Source of the DNA: a phage
Sequence record: PX516787.1
Length of the DNA stretch: 35,984 nt
Direction: 5' to 3' (one strand)
Part shown: piece by piece, positions 17,765 to 26,777 of the stretch
Layout of the letters: each line of letters opens with the position of its first letter
Position numbering within the stretch: position 1 is the stretch's first letter
Made by a program: the position numbers and the translations under genes
The notes under the pieces: generated by a model
What the model was told of the DNA's origin: nothing
Seen by the model: only the letters and a program-made list of their open reading frames with translations
Database searches by the model: none

Positions 17765-20700
17765 TAACATAAAAGATTTGATGAGAATGTCCGAAGCCGA
17801 ATTGATTGGCTTAGGCGCTCAATATGGTCTGTCGTTCAATCCAGGTATGCGCAAACGAGATATGGCACAGCAACTTGAATCAAGTGCTGCATCTGGTTGG
17901 ATGGAAACAAATTCGCAGCTTATGGAAGAAACCCATACAGAAGATGATGGCATCTCTTATGGCACTTCCGACATGATTTCAGATTCAGCCCACATTGCAC
18001 AGATGATTTCTGGCGCTGGGCTGACTGAAACATTCCATGCTGCAATGAACGGTCCAAGTCACCATGTAGAAGCTATCCATGCCTACATGGAGAAATTAGG
18101 TGTATCCGCCGATGATGTGTGGATGCACATGCCCAAAGCAAACCCGAACAAACCGGAAGGTCATTGGGGAATGCTTAATGCGTACATGCGTGATACGCTG
18201 ACAGGTCATCAAGATATAATGCCAGAGCTTCCTGGACATTATTCAGGCGACATTATGGGCGAGTACTCCACAAACCGTGGAGATATTGCCAAGTCGTTCG
18301 GCTATCTTGCCCACATGTATGTTGACCGTGAACAATACGACAACCCAGACCGCTATGCACGAGATGTTTATCGTGTAGCCAAACGTTTAGAATCAGAATT
18401 GCCGCAAAACTTCCGAGAAGTTGCTGCTGTATCTGCAATGAATGTAGGAAATAAGTCGGGGCCAAAACTTTCATACATGGATTCATTGCCTAAACTTGGC
18501 TCTGAATCAATTGTTAGTGGTATCCAACACCCTCGACAGCCACTTAACGCATCTGGTTTACCACTTGGTTCATTTGGCAGCGGTATTAATGCCGAATACT
18601 CATTATCTGCATCCTTATCTGGCTCGCCAGGCTGGTCTGATGTAAGTAGGACTCTGTACCAAGATGTTTCTAGCGTAGTTAAGTCTGCGGCAAAGGTCTA
18701 TTCTGGTGATTCTGAAAGAGGGATGAGTGCACACCGCACTCAATCTTCTGACAGAGATTTGATTCTTGATTCTGCTTCCCGCTATGCAGACATTATAGAT
18801 GTTCGTTCTGGGTATGAGAATCTTAAGAAAGATATTGGCGACGACCCTCGCTACTCTGGTGCATCCATCCGTGGTGTTCTTGAGAATGCTCACCAATATA
18901 ATGAGGCAGAAGTAAGCAAGACATTTGACCCTGCTGAACGCTTAAGAAATACTGAACCTGCCGAACTAAGTCCTTCAACAGAGTTTATTACGCAACTCGA
19001 TTCACCAACGAGTTGGAACTCTGCTCGCGCTCGTCGTGAGAGTATTGCTATATCTAACTTGGACTCTGCTCCACAACCAGCTCCGAAAGAAGGCCCAATC
19101 CATTATCACAACATGGAACAGGGAACTCAGGAATGGTTGGACTTCCGCAAACAATACGACATTACTGGCTCCACTGTTGGTTCGTTTCTTGGTAACAATG
19201 AATACACCCGACCTTGGGCTGCAATGATTGATAAAATTGGCCTACAACGCGGAAAGGGGCCAAGTGAATTTACTAAAAGAATGTTCGAAGCAGGTCATCG
19301 GACGGAAGAAATTGCTCGTAACCGTGTCGCCAAAGAGTTTGGATTCGATATCGAGCAAGCTGGCGCAATAACAAATGACAATTATCCGTCGTTCATGTAT
19401 TCTCCAGATGGCCTTATCGGTGATGACGCGATTTGGGAACACAAGAATCCTGAAAGGGCTAAAAAGTTTTCTAATCTCTCTGCTGGCGAGCATAAGGACT
19501 ATTTCGACCAAATTCAATTTGGCTTGCTTGTATCTGGCCGTAGTCGTGCACTGTTCTCTCAGACAATCAGAGACAAGACGGTATCTGAGTGGATTGAGAA
19601 AGACGAGGGATGGTACGAGCGCAACAAAGATAAGATTGATTCTACTATTGGGCGTCTCAATGCTGGTCGAAAGTTTGTTGAAGATAATCCAGACTTACCT
19701 AATGATGAATTAATCAAGGGTGCTCGTGCTGCAATGACTGGCGATGGCATCTGGAAGGATGTTAAGCAAAGGTCAACTCGTGGATATTCTGCCGCAGCTG
19801 GAACACCTGATGACCCATTCATAGGCAACCGCACTGATGCTGGAATTGGTGAGGCCACGACTTCTGCCGTAGGCTCTGACAGCACGACTGGCAACGACTC
19901 GATGGCAGTATCTGTCAAGAAAGGTATTCTTGCTGCACAGGAAGAAAACAAACTGCGTGGACAAGATGCTGACTTTGGTGGAAATGATGGTCGTGGTGGC
20001 GGTGGTGGCTTCTGGGATACTTTCGATGCCAGCAGTTATGGTATTAGCGGAGGTGGTTCTGGTGGCGGCGGTCGTGGTGGTTGGAGAGTTGGCGGTAGCT
20101 TCTCAGATGACTTCGGTCGTGCTGGTGGGGCATTGGCTGCTGGCGTAGCTGGTGGCAGCATTGGTTCATTATCCAATGGCGCAATGAATGCCCTCATGAT
20201 GACTCCTTGGGGTCGTGTAGCTGGCATGGCTATTGGTGCTGCCCAGATTGGTAATGAAGCTCTGGAAGGTCTGAACGACTTCTACGGCAATTCTTTGGAT
20301 GCTGGTGTTAATAATCCTAACGAATATTCTTCCATGACTCAGGGCATGGAAATGTTGGGACTTAACTCACAACAAGCCAATCGACTCAATCAAACCACAC
20401 ATAGTGCCTATAACACCCTCCTAAATGGCGACCCCAGCGGCGCTGTGAACATCGTTCAGGGAACCCGTGGCCTTATCACAATTGGCGACATTCGTGCGGC
20501 ACAGGGCGACCCTGTGGCCCTAGCGCGGATAATGCGTGAGCGTGGTCAGGAACGGGGTTGGAGTCAGGCCCGTATTGCTGGTGCAATGCAGATGGCTGGT
20601 CTGGACGGTATGGCTCGTGCCTATGACCGCACAGAATACAGCATGGGCGAGGCTGAGGCGAACGTTAAGCGCGGAGCCGACTCAAACTATGCCGAAGGCG

Positions 20701-21428
20701 TTGCACAACTAGGAATCGCGCAGACGGAGCGTGCTGGTGTACTGCCTGGATACGCTGTTCCGCAAGCTGCAATCTCATACGGCAGCACCTTTATTGAGGC
20801 AGGTGGCGATGCCGCTAGAACGATGCGTGTGGCCTCCAACGGTACAGCCGATGCAGCACGTAATGTTTATGACTTTATCGCAGGAGAAGAGTCAGGGAAC
20901 CGTGATTTTAACGCAGATGGTTCGGTAGTTACATCGCCAACTGGTGCTAAAGGTCGTATGCAGGTTCTTGATTCAACTTCTCGTGACCCTGGCTTTGGTG
21001 TTCGTCCTGCCAAAGATAACTCACTTGAAGAACGTGCCCGTGTTGGTCGTGACTATTACGATGCAATGCTTAAGCGATATAATGGTGACGCTGAGAAGGC
21101 TATGGCGGCGTACACAGATGGTGCCGGAACTGTTGATGATGCTATCAACAAACATGGAACCGACTGGCTGAACGCTGTTCCACTACAGGCACAGAACCGT
21201 GTCAAGAAGTACCGCGAATGGGCTTCTCAGGGAGATTCTATTGCAGAAGGTGCAACTGGATTCACCAGAAACGGACTGTCCTATGGTCAGACACAGCCCA
21301 CCATAGTTAACGTTGAAGTCAAAGCTACCGTGAACAACAAACAAGCGTCTGCAACCGTGTCAACTCCGAACGGTCAAACTGTTACCCAAACAATCAACAT
21401 GGGTAATGGTGCAATGGAACGCAGATAA
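17757..21428 (+). CDS. tape-measure-position multidomain protein (1223 aa) with Rho-N-like N-terminus, YqaJ-like nuclease domain, Gly-rich tract and C-terminal lytic transglycosylase domain
   Basis: Lies between the chaperone and baseplate genes. N-terminus DLMRMSEAELIGLGAQYGLSFNPGMRKRDMAQQL resembles the Rho N-terminal helix-hairpin-helix. QGTQEWLDFRKQYDITGS ... SPDGLIGDDAIWEHK (about nt 19100-19470) resembles a YqaJ / lambda-exonuclease PD-(D/E)xK domain. Poly-Gly tract at about 19970-20230. AGEESGNRDF ... GAKGRMQV ... AYTDGAG (about 20860-21180) resembles the SLT lytic transglycosylase motifs. Confidence 0.7.
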   Translation: MANNIKDLMRMSEAELIGLGAQYGLSFNPGMRKRDMAQQLESSAASGWMETNSQLMEETHTEDDGISYGTSDMISDSAHIAQMISGAGLTETFHAAMNGPSHHVEAIHAYMEKLGVSADDVWMHMPKANPNKPEGHWGMLNAYMRDTLTGHQDIMPELPGHYSGDIMGEYSTNRGDIAKSFGYLAHMYVDREQYDNPDRYARDVYRVAKRLESELPQNFREVAAVSAMNVGNKSGPKLSYMDSLPKLGSESIVSGIQHPRQPLNASGLPLGSFGSGINAEYSLSASLSGSPGWSDVSRTLYQDVSSVVKSAAKVYSGDSERGMSAHRTQSSDRDLILDSASRYADIIDVRSGYENLKKDIGDDPRYSGASIRGVLENAHQYNEAEVSKTFDPAERLRNTEPAELSPSTEFITQLDSPTSWNSARARRESIAISNLDSAPQPAPKEGPIHYHNMEQGTQEWLDFRKQYDITGSTVGSFLGNNEYTRPWAAMIDKIGLQRGKGPSEFTKRMFEAGHRTEEIARNRVAKEFGFDIEQAGAITNDNYPSFMYSPDGLIGDDAIWEHKNPERAKKFSNLSAGEHKDYFDQIQFGLLVSGRSRALFSQTIRDKTVSEWIEKDEGWYERNKDKIDSTIGRLNAGRKFVEDNPDLPNDELIKGARAAMTGDGIWKDVKQRSTRGYSAAAGTPDDPFIGNRTDAGIGEATTSAVGSDSTTGNDSMAVSVKKGILAAQEENKLRGQDADFGGNDGRGGGGGFWDTFDASSYGISGGGSGGGGRGGWRVGGSFSDDFGRAGGALAAGVAGGSIGSLSNGAMNALMMTPWGRVAGMAIGAAQIGNEALEGLNDFYGNSLDAGVNNPNEYSSMTQGMEMLGLNSQQANRLNQTTHSAYNTLLNGDPSGAVNIVQGTRGLITIGDIRAAQGDPVALARIMRERGQERGWSQARIAGAMQMAGLDGMARAYDRTEYSMGEAEANVKRGADSNYAEGVAQLGIAQTERAGVLPGYAVPQAAISYGSTFIEAGGDAARTMRVASNGTADAARNVYDFIAGEESGNRDFNADGSVVTSPTGAKGRMQVLDSTSRDPGFGVRPAKDNSLEERARVGRDYYDAMLKRYNGDAEKAMAAYTDGAGTVDDAINKHGTDWLNAVPLQAQNRVKKYREWASQGDSIAEGATGFTRNGLSYGQTQPTIVNVEVKATVNNKQASATVSTPNGQTVTQTINMGNGAMERR

Positions 21429-21433
21429 GAAAG

Positions 21434-21463
21434 TGCCGGGATTTAATCTCGGCATTCTTCTTT
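21434..21463 (+). terminator. intrinsic terminator (TGCCGGGA-TTTAA-TCTCGGCA followed by TTCTTCTTT)
   Basis: 8-bp stem with one G-T wobble, followed by a T-rich tract, 6 nt after the stop at 21428. Confidence 0.55.
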
Positions 21464-21504
21464 AACATTATTTGAATATGTATTAATTTCAATAGGTGTA
21501 TAAC

Positions 21505-22602
21505 ATGCCGTGGATGCGTGGTATAGAGATAGTTGTCTCAAGAAAGGATGACCCAGAAACCAAGTCTGTGTTTAAAGCACACAAGATTGATTTCACCATC
21601 CGGTCAACTGTTGGTTGGCCAGCAGATACTGCCGATATTACTCTATACAACCTGGGCGTCGATGAAGTTAAATTCCTTCAAGACAAGTCCTATGGTGATA
21701 TGTATATTGAAATTCGTGCAGGATATTACGAAGACGAGCGTGTCGTTAATGCTGGTCATAATAAGTATCAAAGCCCAGGTCAGATGGATTCGGAAGTAAG
21801 GGTTGAGATTGGTCAAGTCCTTCCAACAATCTTCTCTGGCATCGTAACAAACGCGGTGGGATTCAGACGCCCTCCAGAACACATAACACAATTGTTTTGT
21901 ATCTCCAAAGCCTATGGTGCATCTACTGAATTTACTCAGATGAGGGACATTCCAAATGGGGCAACCTTGGAAGATGCCATTCGTTCTATGTGTGCTGACT
22001 ACGGCTTCTCGACCATTTCATCTTTTGGTGTTGAGGAATCTGTATTCAAAACTAAGTTGAAGTTAGGTCGAGTGTTCCACGACACATTCTTGGAAGAATT
22101 TCGGGCCTTACTTGGAGAATATAACTTACTATTCTCAGTAACAACTGGTGAGATTCAAATCTTTCCAGACACCTACGGCAATAAAGATGCTGTAGACAGA
22201 ATGTCAAAAGACCGTGAACCAATCAAGCTAGATGCCAATCAGGTTATTGGGAACCCTATTGCTGGAATTGCAACATACTCCTTGAATACGTTTCTTAACG
22301 CTAGCTACCAGCCAGGAATGATTCTGGATGTATCTCCTTTGTTGGGAGAACAATTGCTGGCTAATGGCGTTACTTCGGTGAATGGAAAAGGTGTTGTATT
22401 AAACACAGACCAAAGCGTGTTCCGTTGGGCGATGGAAGATAAATACTTCATCACAGAAGTTGTCCATCATGGCTCAACCCATGAAACTGTTTTCCAAACA
22501 TCCATCACTGCAATGCTTGGTGGCAATACTGCAATGGGCGGTAAAGAAGCGGCTTGGCAGCAAGCCTACTTAAACAGTGGAATGGCTATGGAGTCTTTCT
22601 AA
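21505..22602 (+). CDS. putative baseplate hub / tail-associated protein
   Basis: First gene after the tape-measure-position gene. The ORF track starts at GTG 21496; ATG 21505 with AGGTG 6 nt upstream is preferred. Confidence 0.45.
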   Translation: MPWMRGIEIVVSRKDDPETKSVFKAHKIDFTIRSTVGWPADTADITLYNLGVDEVKFLQDKSYGDMYIEIRAGYYEDERVVNAGHNKYQSPGQMDSEVRVEIGQVLPTIFSGIVTNAVGFRRPPEHITQLFCISKAYGASTEFTQMRDIPNGATLEDAIRSMCADYGFSTISSFGVEESVFKTKLKLGRVFHDTFLEEFRALLGEYNLLFSVTTGEIQIFPDTYGNKDAVDRMSKDREPIKLDANQVIGNPIAGIATYSLNTFLNASYQPGMILDVSPLLGEQLLANGVTSVNGKGVVLNTDQSVFRWAMEDKYFITEVVHHGSTHETVFQTSITAMLGGNTAMGGKEAAWQQAYLNSGMAMESF

Positions 22603-23504
22603 TGGCATTAATTGATACAAGTCTTATCGGGGATGGATTATCATCCCTGTCGAAAGCATTTAGTTATGGACATAATCCGTCTGTGATTATGTGGTCTAAT
22701 GGCCCATCGGTCCAGAAAGAAGACGAAGGATTGTTTGGTAAAGCCTTTGGTGGCATTGCTAAGACAATGGAACCTCTTGTTACATCTTCGGCCCCAGAGA
22801 GCTTCAACTCTTTTAAGTTCGATGCAATTGTTAGTGAAGAGCATGATGCTCAGTCGGTCGTTACCAAGTTCCCTGTAAGTTCTGGCTTCATGGTTAGTGA
22901 CCACATTATCAAACAAAACCGAATCTTAAAACTAACTGCTGTTGCAACAAACATGCAGAACGCTGCAATGTGGACTGCTTCTGTTCAAGGTTTATCTGTT
23001 GCCACTGGTGCAATCTTTAATAACCCAATCATTCCCATTATCGGTGCTGCTGCTGGTGCTGTTGCCTCTGCATTTGAAACGAGCAATCGAATCCAATCTA
23101 CCTATGATTTGTTTAACAACTTCCGCTCGACCGGAACCAAGCTGTACATCTCCACTATCATCGGCCCTTATTTGAATTGTGTAGTAACTGGCATTCGAAC
23201 TAAGACTGACAAAATGACTTCTGCAATTCTGGCTGTTGAAATTACACTGGAAGAGCTGCAAGTTATTGGTGAAGATGTACTGGCAATCGAAGCTCGTAAG
23301 GCAATGCAGTCTATGACAGATTATTCAGAATTTGGGAAGATTGCCCAAAGTGCTGGTATAGGTGCTCTTGGCGGTGCTGGCGTAACTCTCCCAGGTCTGG
23401 GTGCAGTTGGCGCTACGGCAGTGAGTCAGCTTGGTACGTTAAAAGATAAACTTGCCAAACTGGAATCTCCTCTGTCCTCGGTTAAAGGGAAGCTGTTCAA
23501 ATGA
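22602..23504 (+). CDS. putative baseplate / tail tip protein with hydrophobic Gly/Ala-rich segments
   Basis: TAATG overlap start at 22602. Contains GAIFNNPIIPIIGAAAGAVASAFE and SAGIGALGGAGVTLPGLGAVGATAV. Confidence 0.45.
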   Translation: MALIDTSLIGDGLSSLSKAFSYGHNPSVIMWSNGPSVQKEDEGLFGKAFGGIAKTMEPLVTSSAPESFNSFKFDAIVSEEHDAQSVVTKFPVSSGFMVSDHIIKQNRILKLTAVATNMQNAAMWTASVQGLSVATGAIFNNPIIPIIGAAAGAVASAFETSNRIQSTYDLFNNFRSTGTKLYISTIIGPYLNCVVTGIRTKTDKMTSAILAVEITLEELQVIGEDVLAIEARKAMQSMTDYSEFGKIAQSAGIGALGGAGVTLPGLGAVGATAVSQLGTLKDKLAKLESPLSSVKGKLFK

Positions 23505-23863
23505 CAGAACAACAAGCTATGCAAGAGATATTATCACTACTCCCACCAGGGTATGTGAAGACTGTCCCATACGATACCTCAAAGGATGTATCCTTTGAGT
23601 TTCGTGGTGTCACAGTCAAAATGTCTGCATTGTATTTAAACGAGTATTTAAACTGCTACATGTTTGACCTTGCTTGGGGTTCATCTGAAAAGATTTATGG
23701 AATCCCTATTCGCGGCGGTGTTGATATTCTTAAGCAATACAGCACACCGCTGCCAAACATGTACGTTACGAATACTGTAAGTCCAGGAGAAGAGGTCTAC
23801 ACTTGGCGACAAATGTTCCTCTTCATTGTAGATGCGAGTGTACTTGAACGTGGCGAGTCATAA
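23501..23863 (+). CDS. hypothetical baseplate-module protein
   Basis: 120-aa ORF with an ATGA overlap to the previous gene. Confidence 0.4.
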   Translation: MTEQQAMQEILSLLPPGYVKTVPYDTSKDVSFEFRGVTVKMSALYLNEYLNCYMFDLAWGSSEKIYGIPIRGGVDILKQYSTPLPNMYVTNTVSPGEEVYTWRQMFLFIVDASVLERGES

Positions 23864-24623
23864 CAACGATGTAAGGTCTGCAACTGTTAATACAGGATAC
23901 CCAGGCCATATTTATAACTTCGATGCTGTAACTCAAACCTGTGAGGTGCAGCTTGCAATCGAAAACCTGTTTACAGGCTACACCAATGCCTACACCTTAG
24001 AGAAGAAGAAGCGGCTCAGAAATGTTCCTGTTCAGTTCATCCAAGGTGGCGGTTGGAGTCTAACACATCCGGTCCCAGATGGCACTCCTTGTTATGTTCA
24101 CTTTGCTCAGCGCGGGATTGAACATTGGTTGGCAGAGAATAAAGACTCTGCTGGCATGATTGGTGGAAGACCTGCCCCAGCATTCAGTCAGTTGTTCTCC
24201 CACAACTCTGCTGTGTGTATTATTGGGATACAACCAATTCCAGGTGCAATACCAGGATTTAATGCAGGAGTTACTGAACTCCGAAACGCAAGTCGCGACC
24301 AACGTCTGACTCTTCATGGTGACGGAAAGGTAGAACTTATTACTGGTGCTGCAAAGATTACAATCACGAAAGATTCGGAGATAGTAATTGAAGCGACAGA
24401 AAAAGCGTCTGTTATCTCGCCGCAAATCCTTTTGGATGGCGACACCACAGTTACAAAATCGCTCACCGTTCTCGGAGGAATGTCAGTGTCAGGTGGCAGT
24501 GGTGGAACAATGTCAATTACAGGCGATATGGTTCAACAGGGTACGTTCACCATTAACGGAGTCACGGTTAACGAACACACCCACACTAACCCAGAAGGCG
24601 GCGATGTAGGGCCGATGAAATAA
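23832..24623 (+). CDS. baseplate spike / assembly protein V-like
   Basis: C-terminal GDMVQQGTFTINGVTVNEHTHTNPEGGDVGP resembles the gpV / spike C-terminal region with a His-x-His motif. Start is uncertain (listed ATG overlaps the previous gene by 32 nt). Confidence 0.6.
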   Translation: MRVYLNVASHNNDVRSATVNTGYPGHIYNFDAVTQTCEVQLAIENLFTGYTNAYTLEKKKRLRNVPVQFIQGGGWSLTHPVPDGTPCYVHFAQRGIEHWLAENKDSAGMIGGRPAPAFSQLFSHNSAVCIIGIQPIPGAIPGFNAGVTELRNASRDQRLTLHGDGKVELITGAAKITITKDSEIVIEATEKASVISPQILLDGDTTVTKSLTVLGGMSVSGGSGGTMSITGDMVQQGTFTINGVTVNEHTHTNPEGGDVGPMK

Positions 24624-24994
24624 TGGCTGGAAACTTACTGTTAGATTCTAACCACGATATTATTATTGGTCGTGGTGCAACCAGGGTCGGTGGTGTAGAA
24701 GAGGTTGCTCAAATAGTTAAGTGCAGATTATTAACAGTGTTCGGAGAATGGAAACATGACACGACCACTGGCCTCCCTTGGTTCGAGGGAATCTTCACTA
24801 AGACTGTCAGAACTGCTGATATTGAAGCAGCCATCGCCAACGTCATTCGAAGCACCCCAGGTGTTCAACAACTTATCTCTATAAATATTGATGCTGACTT
24901 CCGTGAGCGTGAAGTAAGAGTTTCATTCATTGCTATCTCAGATTATGGAAGTCTTGAGGATTACTTAACATGGCAACAATCCAGTACGGCGTGA
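24623..24994 (+). CDS. baseplate wedge protein (gpW / gp25-like)
   Basis: 123 aa between the V-like and J-like genes, TAATG-coupled. Size and position match the Mu gp46 / P2 gpW slot. Confidence 0.5.
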   Translation: MAGNLLLDSNHDIIIGRGATRVGGVEEVAQIVKCRLLTVFGEWKHDTTTGLPWFEGIFTKTVRTADIEAAIANVIRSTPGVQQLISINIDADFREREVRVSFIAISDYGSLEDYLTWQQSSTA

Positions 24995-26124
24995 CTGAAA
25001 ACGGGTTCGTACAGAAGCCTGTTCAAGAAATCGTGTCGCACATTAATAGCAGATTCCGTAGCGTGTTCGGTGCCAACTTCGACATTAGTCCAGAAGGCCC
25101 AGATGGACAGGTTATTGGAATTATTTCAGAAGAAATTTCTAAGTGCTGGCAACAGGCTGAAATGGTATTCAATGCCTATCGTCCTGGTGCAATGCAGAAG
25201 GTTGGTCTGGACAACATCTGCGAACTAACCTTCACAAAGCGATTGGTCAATTGGCCGTCTCGTGTTGGTGTTCGTTGTGCTGGTCAGGCTGGCACTCTTG
25301 TCCCTGCTGGCTCTATTGTCAGTGACGGGACAATGAACTTCAAAACACAGTATGATTGTATTATTCCAGGAACTGTTACGGCAGTAGCAACTGAGTCTGG
25401 CGAATATTACATTGCTGCTAACACTGTTAATAAAATTGTTACCACAGTCGCAGGTTGGGAATCAGTTAACAACCCAGAGATTGGGCAAACAGGTGTGGAT
25501 TATGAGTCTGACCCAGCACTTCGTATCCGCCGTGACAGAACTACTGCGCACAGCGGTTCAGCATTTGTTGAAGCTATTTACGCTGCACTCGCTGACCTTA
25601 ATCTTTCTTACATTCGTATTCGTGATAATGATACCGGCGCTCCTATTGGGACTCAGCCTTCGGGTACAGTATTTGTTGTCGTAGAGGGTGGAACAGAAGA
25701 CGAAATTGCTCGTCGAATTTATTCCTCCAAAACAGGCGGTGTTCCTACCCATGGTACTACATCCGTATCTATCTACGATAGTAAAGGCTATCCGCACGAA
25801 ATTAAGTTCAGTCGTCCAGAAGATGCAACCATTTATGTAACTGGTACATTCAAGCGTCGCCCTGGTTCTAATATTAGTTCCAACGATGCGGCACGCCAGT
25901 TGCAAACGGCTATGATGGAGTATATCAACTCCCTGAACCCAGGTGATTCTGTTATCTGGTCAGAATGTTTCAAGCCTATCATGGACGCTACTAACGGTGT
26001 TCAGGTTGATTCATTATTCATTGGTACTTCTGCGAGTCCAACTGGAATTGCTACAATCGAACTGGACATTGACAAGAAGGCTGTAGCCACATCTGCGTCT
26101 GTAGTTTTCACTGAAACACCATAA
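24970..26124 (+). CDS. baseplate protein J-like
   Basis: 384 aa, in the J position of a Mu/P2-like V-W-J-I baseplate cluster. Confidence 0.6.
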   Translation: MATIQYGVTENGFVQKPVQEIVSHINSRFRSVFGANFDISPEGPDGQVIGIISEEISKCWQQAEMVFNAYRPGAMQKVGLDNICELTFTKRLVNWPSRVGVRCAGQAGTLVPAGSIVSDGTMNFKTQYDCIIPGTVTAVATESGEYYIAANTVNKIVTTVAGWESVNNPEIGQTGVDYESDPALRIRRDRTTAHSGSAFVEAIYAALADLNLSYIRIRDNDTGAPIGTQPSGTVFVVVEGGTEDEIARRIYSSKTGGVPTHGTTSVSIYDSKGYPHEIKFSRPEDATIYVTGTFKRRPGSNISSNDAARQLQTAMMEYINSLNPGDSVIWSECFKPIMDATNGVQVDSLFIGTSASPTGIATIELDIDKKAVATSASVVFTETP

Positions 26125-26132
26125 GGTTAATA

Positions 26133-26777
26133 ATGGCTGGTAAATCTGGTTTAGATATGCTGCTAATGCAGTATAGCGATTCTCCAAACTTACGGGCGTA
26201 CATTCAGATTTTCTTGGACGAGTTAAAGCTCGTCCAGAATGCTCAAGAAGAGTCTGTTAAATACCGATACCTTGCCGATTCATTTGGCGTTATGGTTGAT
26301 GATATTGCATACCTCGTTGGTGCCAGCCGTACTATCTATGGTGCTGCACCACTTGGGTACTTCGGCTTCTATTCTGACCCAAGTGCATTCCCTGCCGGAG
26401 ATGACAATAATCCTGGCGTTGGTGGCATTTTGAAGTCAGATGGTGACCGGGACTCTGGTGACTTTGTTCGTACCGATACTCAACTTAAAGATGCAATACG
26501 TGCACGTATCCGCAAGGTTGTAGGAAGCTGCACAATCGAAGAACTGATTGTTTATGTGGACCTTGTTCTTGGTCGTAGCCTGAATCTTGAAATCATTGAA
26601 GGATTCCAGACTCTACATTACCAAGTACATAACACACTGTCAGTTGCAGAGAAAGTGTTGTTGGCTTACATGCTTCCAGACTTTAAGCCTGTTGGCATCT
26701 CCATAACTCTTTCGGACAATGGTGGTGCTATTGAACTCCCATATGTTTCTAAAGTTTATCCACCGGAGAACCGATGA
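26133..26777 (+). CDS. baseplate / tail protein I-like
   Basis: 214 aa, following the J-like gene and preceding the fibre genes. Confidence 0.45.
   Translation: MAGKSGLDMLLMQYSDSPNLRAYIQIFLDELKLVQNAQEESVKYRYLADSFGVMVDDIAYLVGASRTIYGAAPLGYFGFYSDPSAFPAGDDNNPGVGGILKSDGDRDSGDFVRTDTQLKDAIRARIRKVVGSCTIEELIVYVDLVLGRSLNLEIIEGFQTLHYQVHNTLSVAEKVLLAYMLPDFKPVGISITLSDNGGAIELPYVSKVYPPENR

Noticed and set aside
17757-21428. Interpretation of the 1223-aa ORF as an N4-like virion RNA polymerase
   Set aside because: No RNAP motifs (DxxCSGxQ, motif B or motif C) are present. The recognisable content is HeH, YqaJ-like and SLT-like, and its position after the tail chaperone fits a tape-measure or ejected protein.
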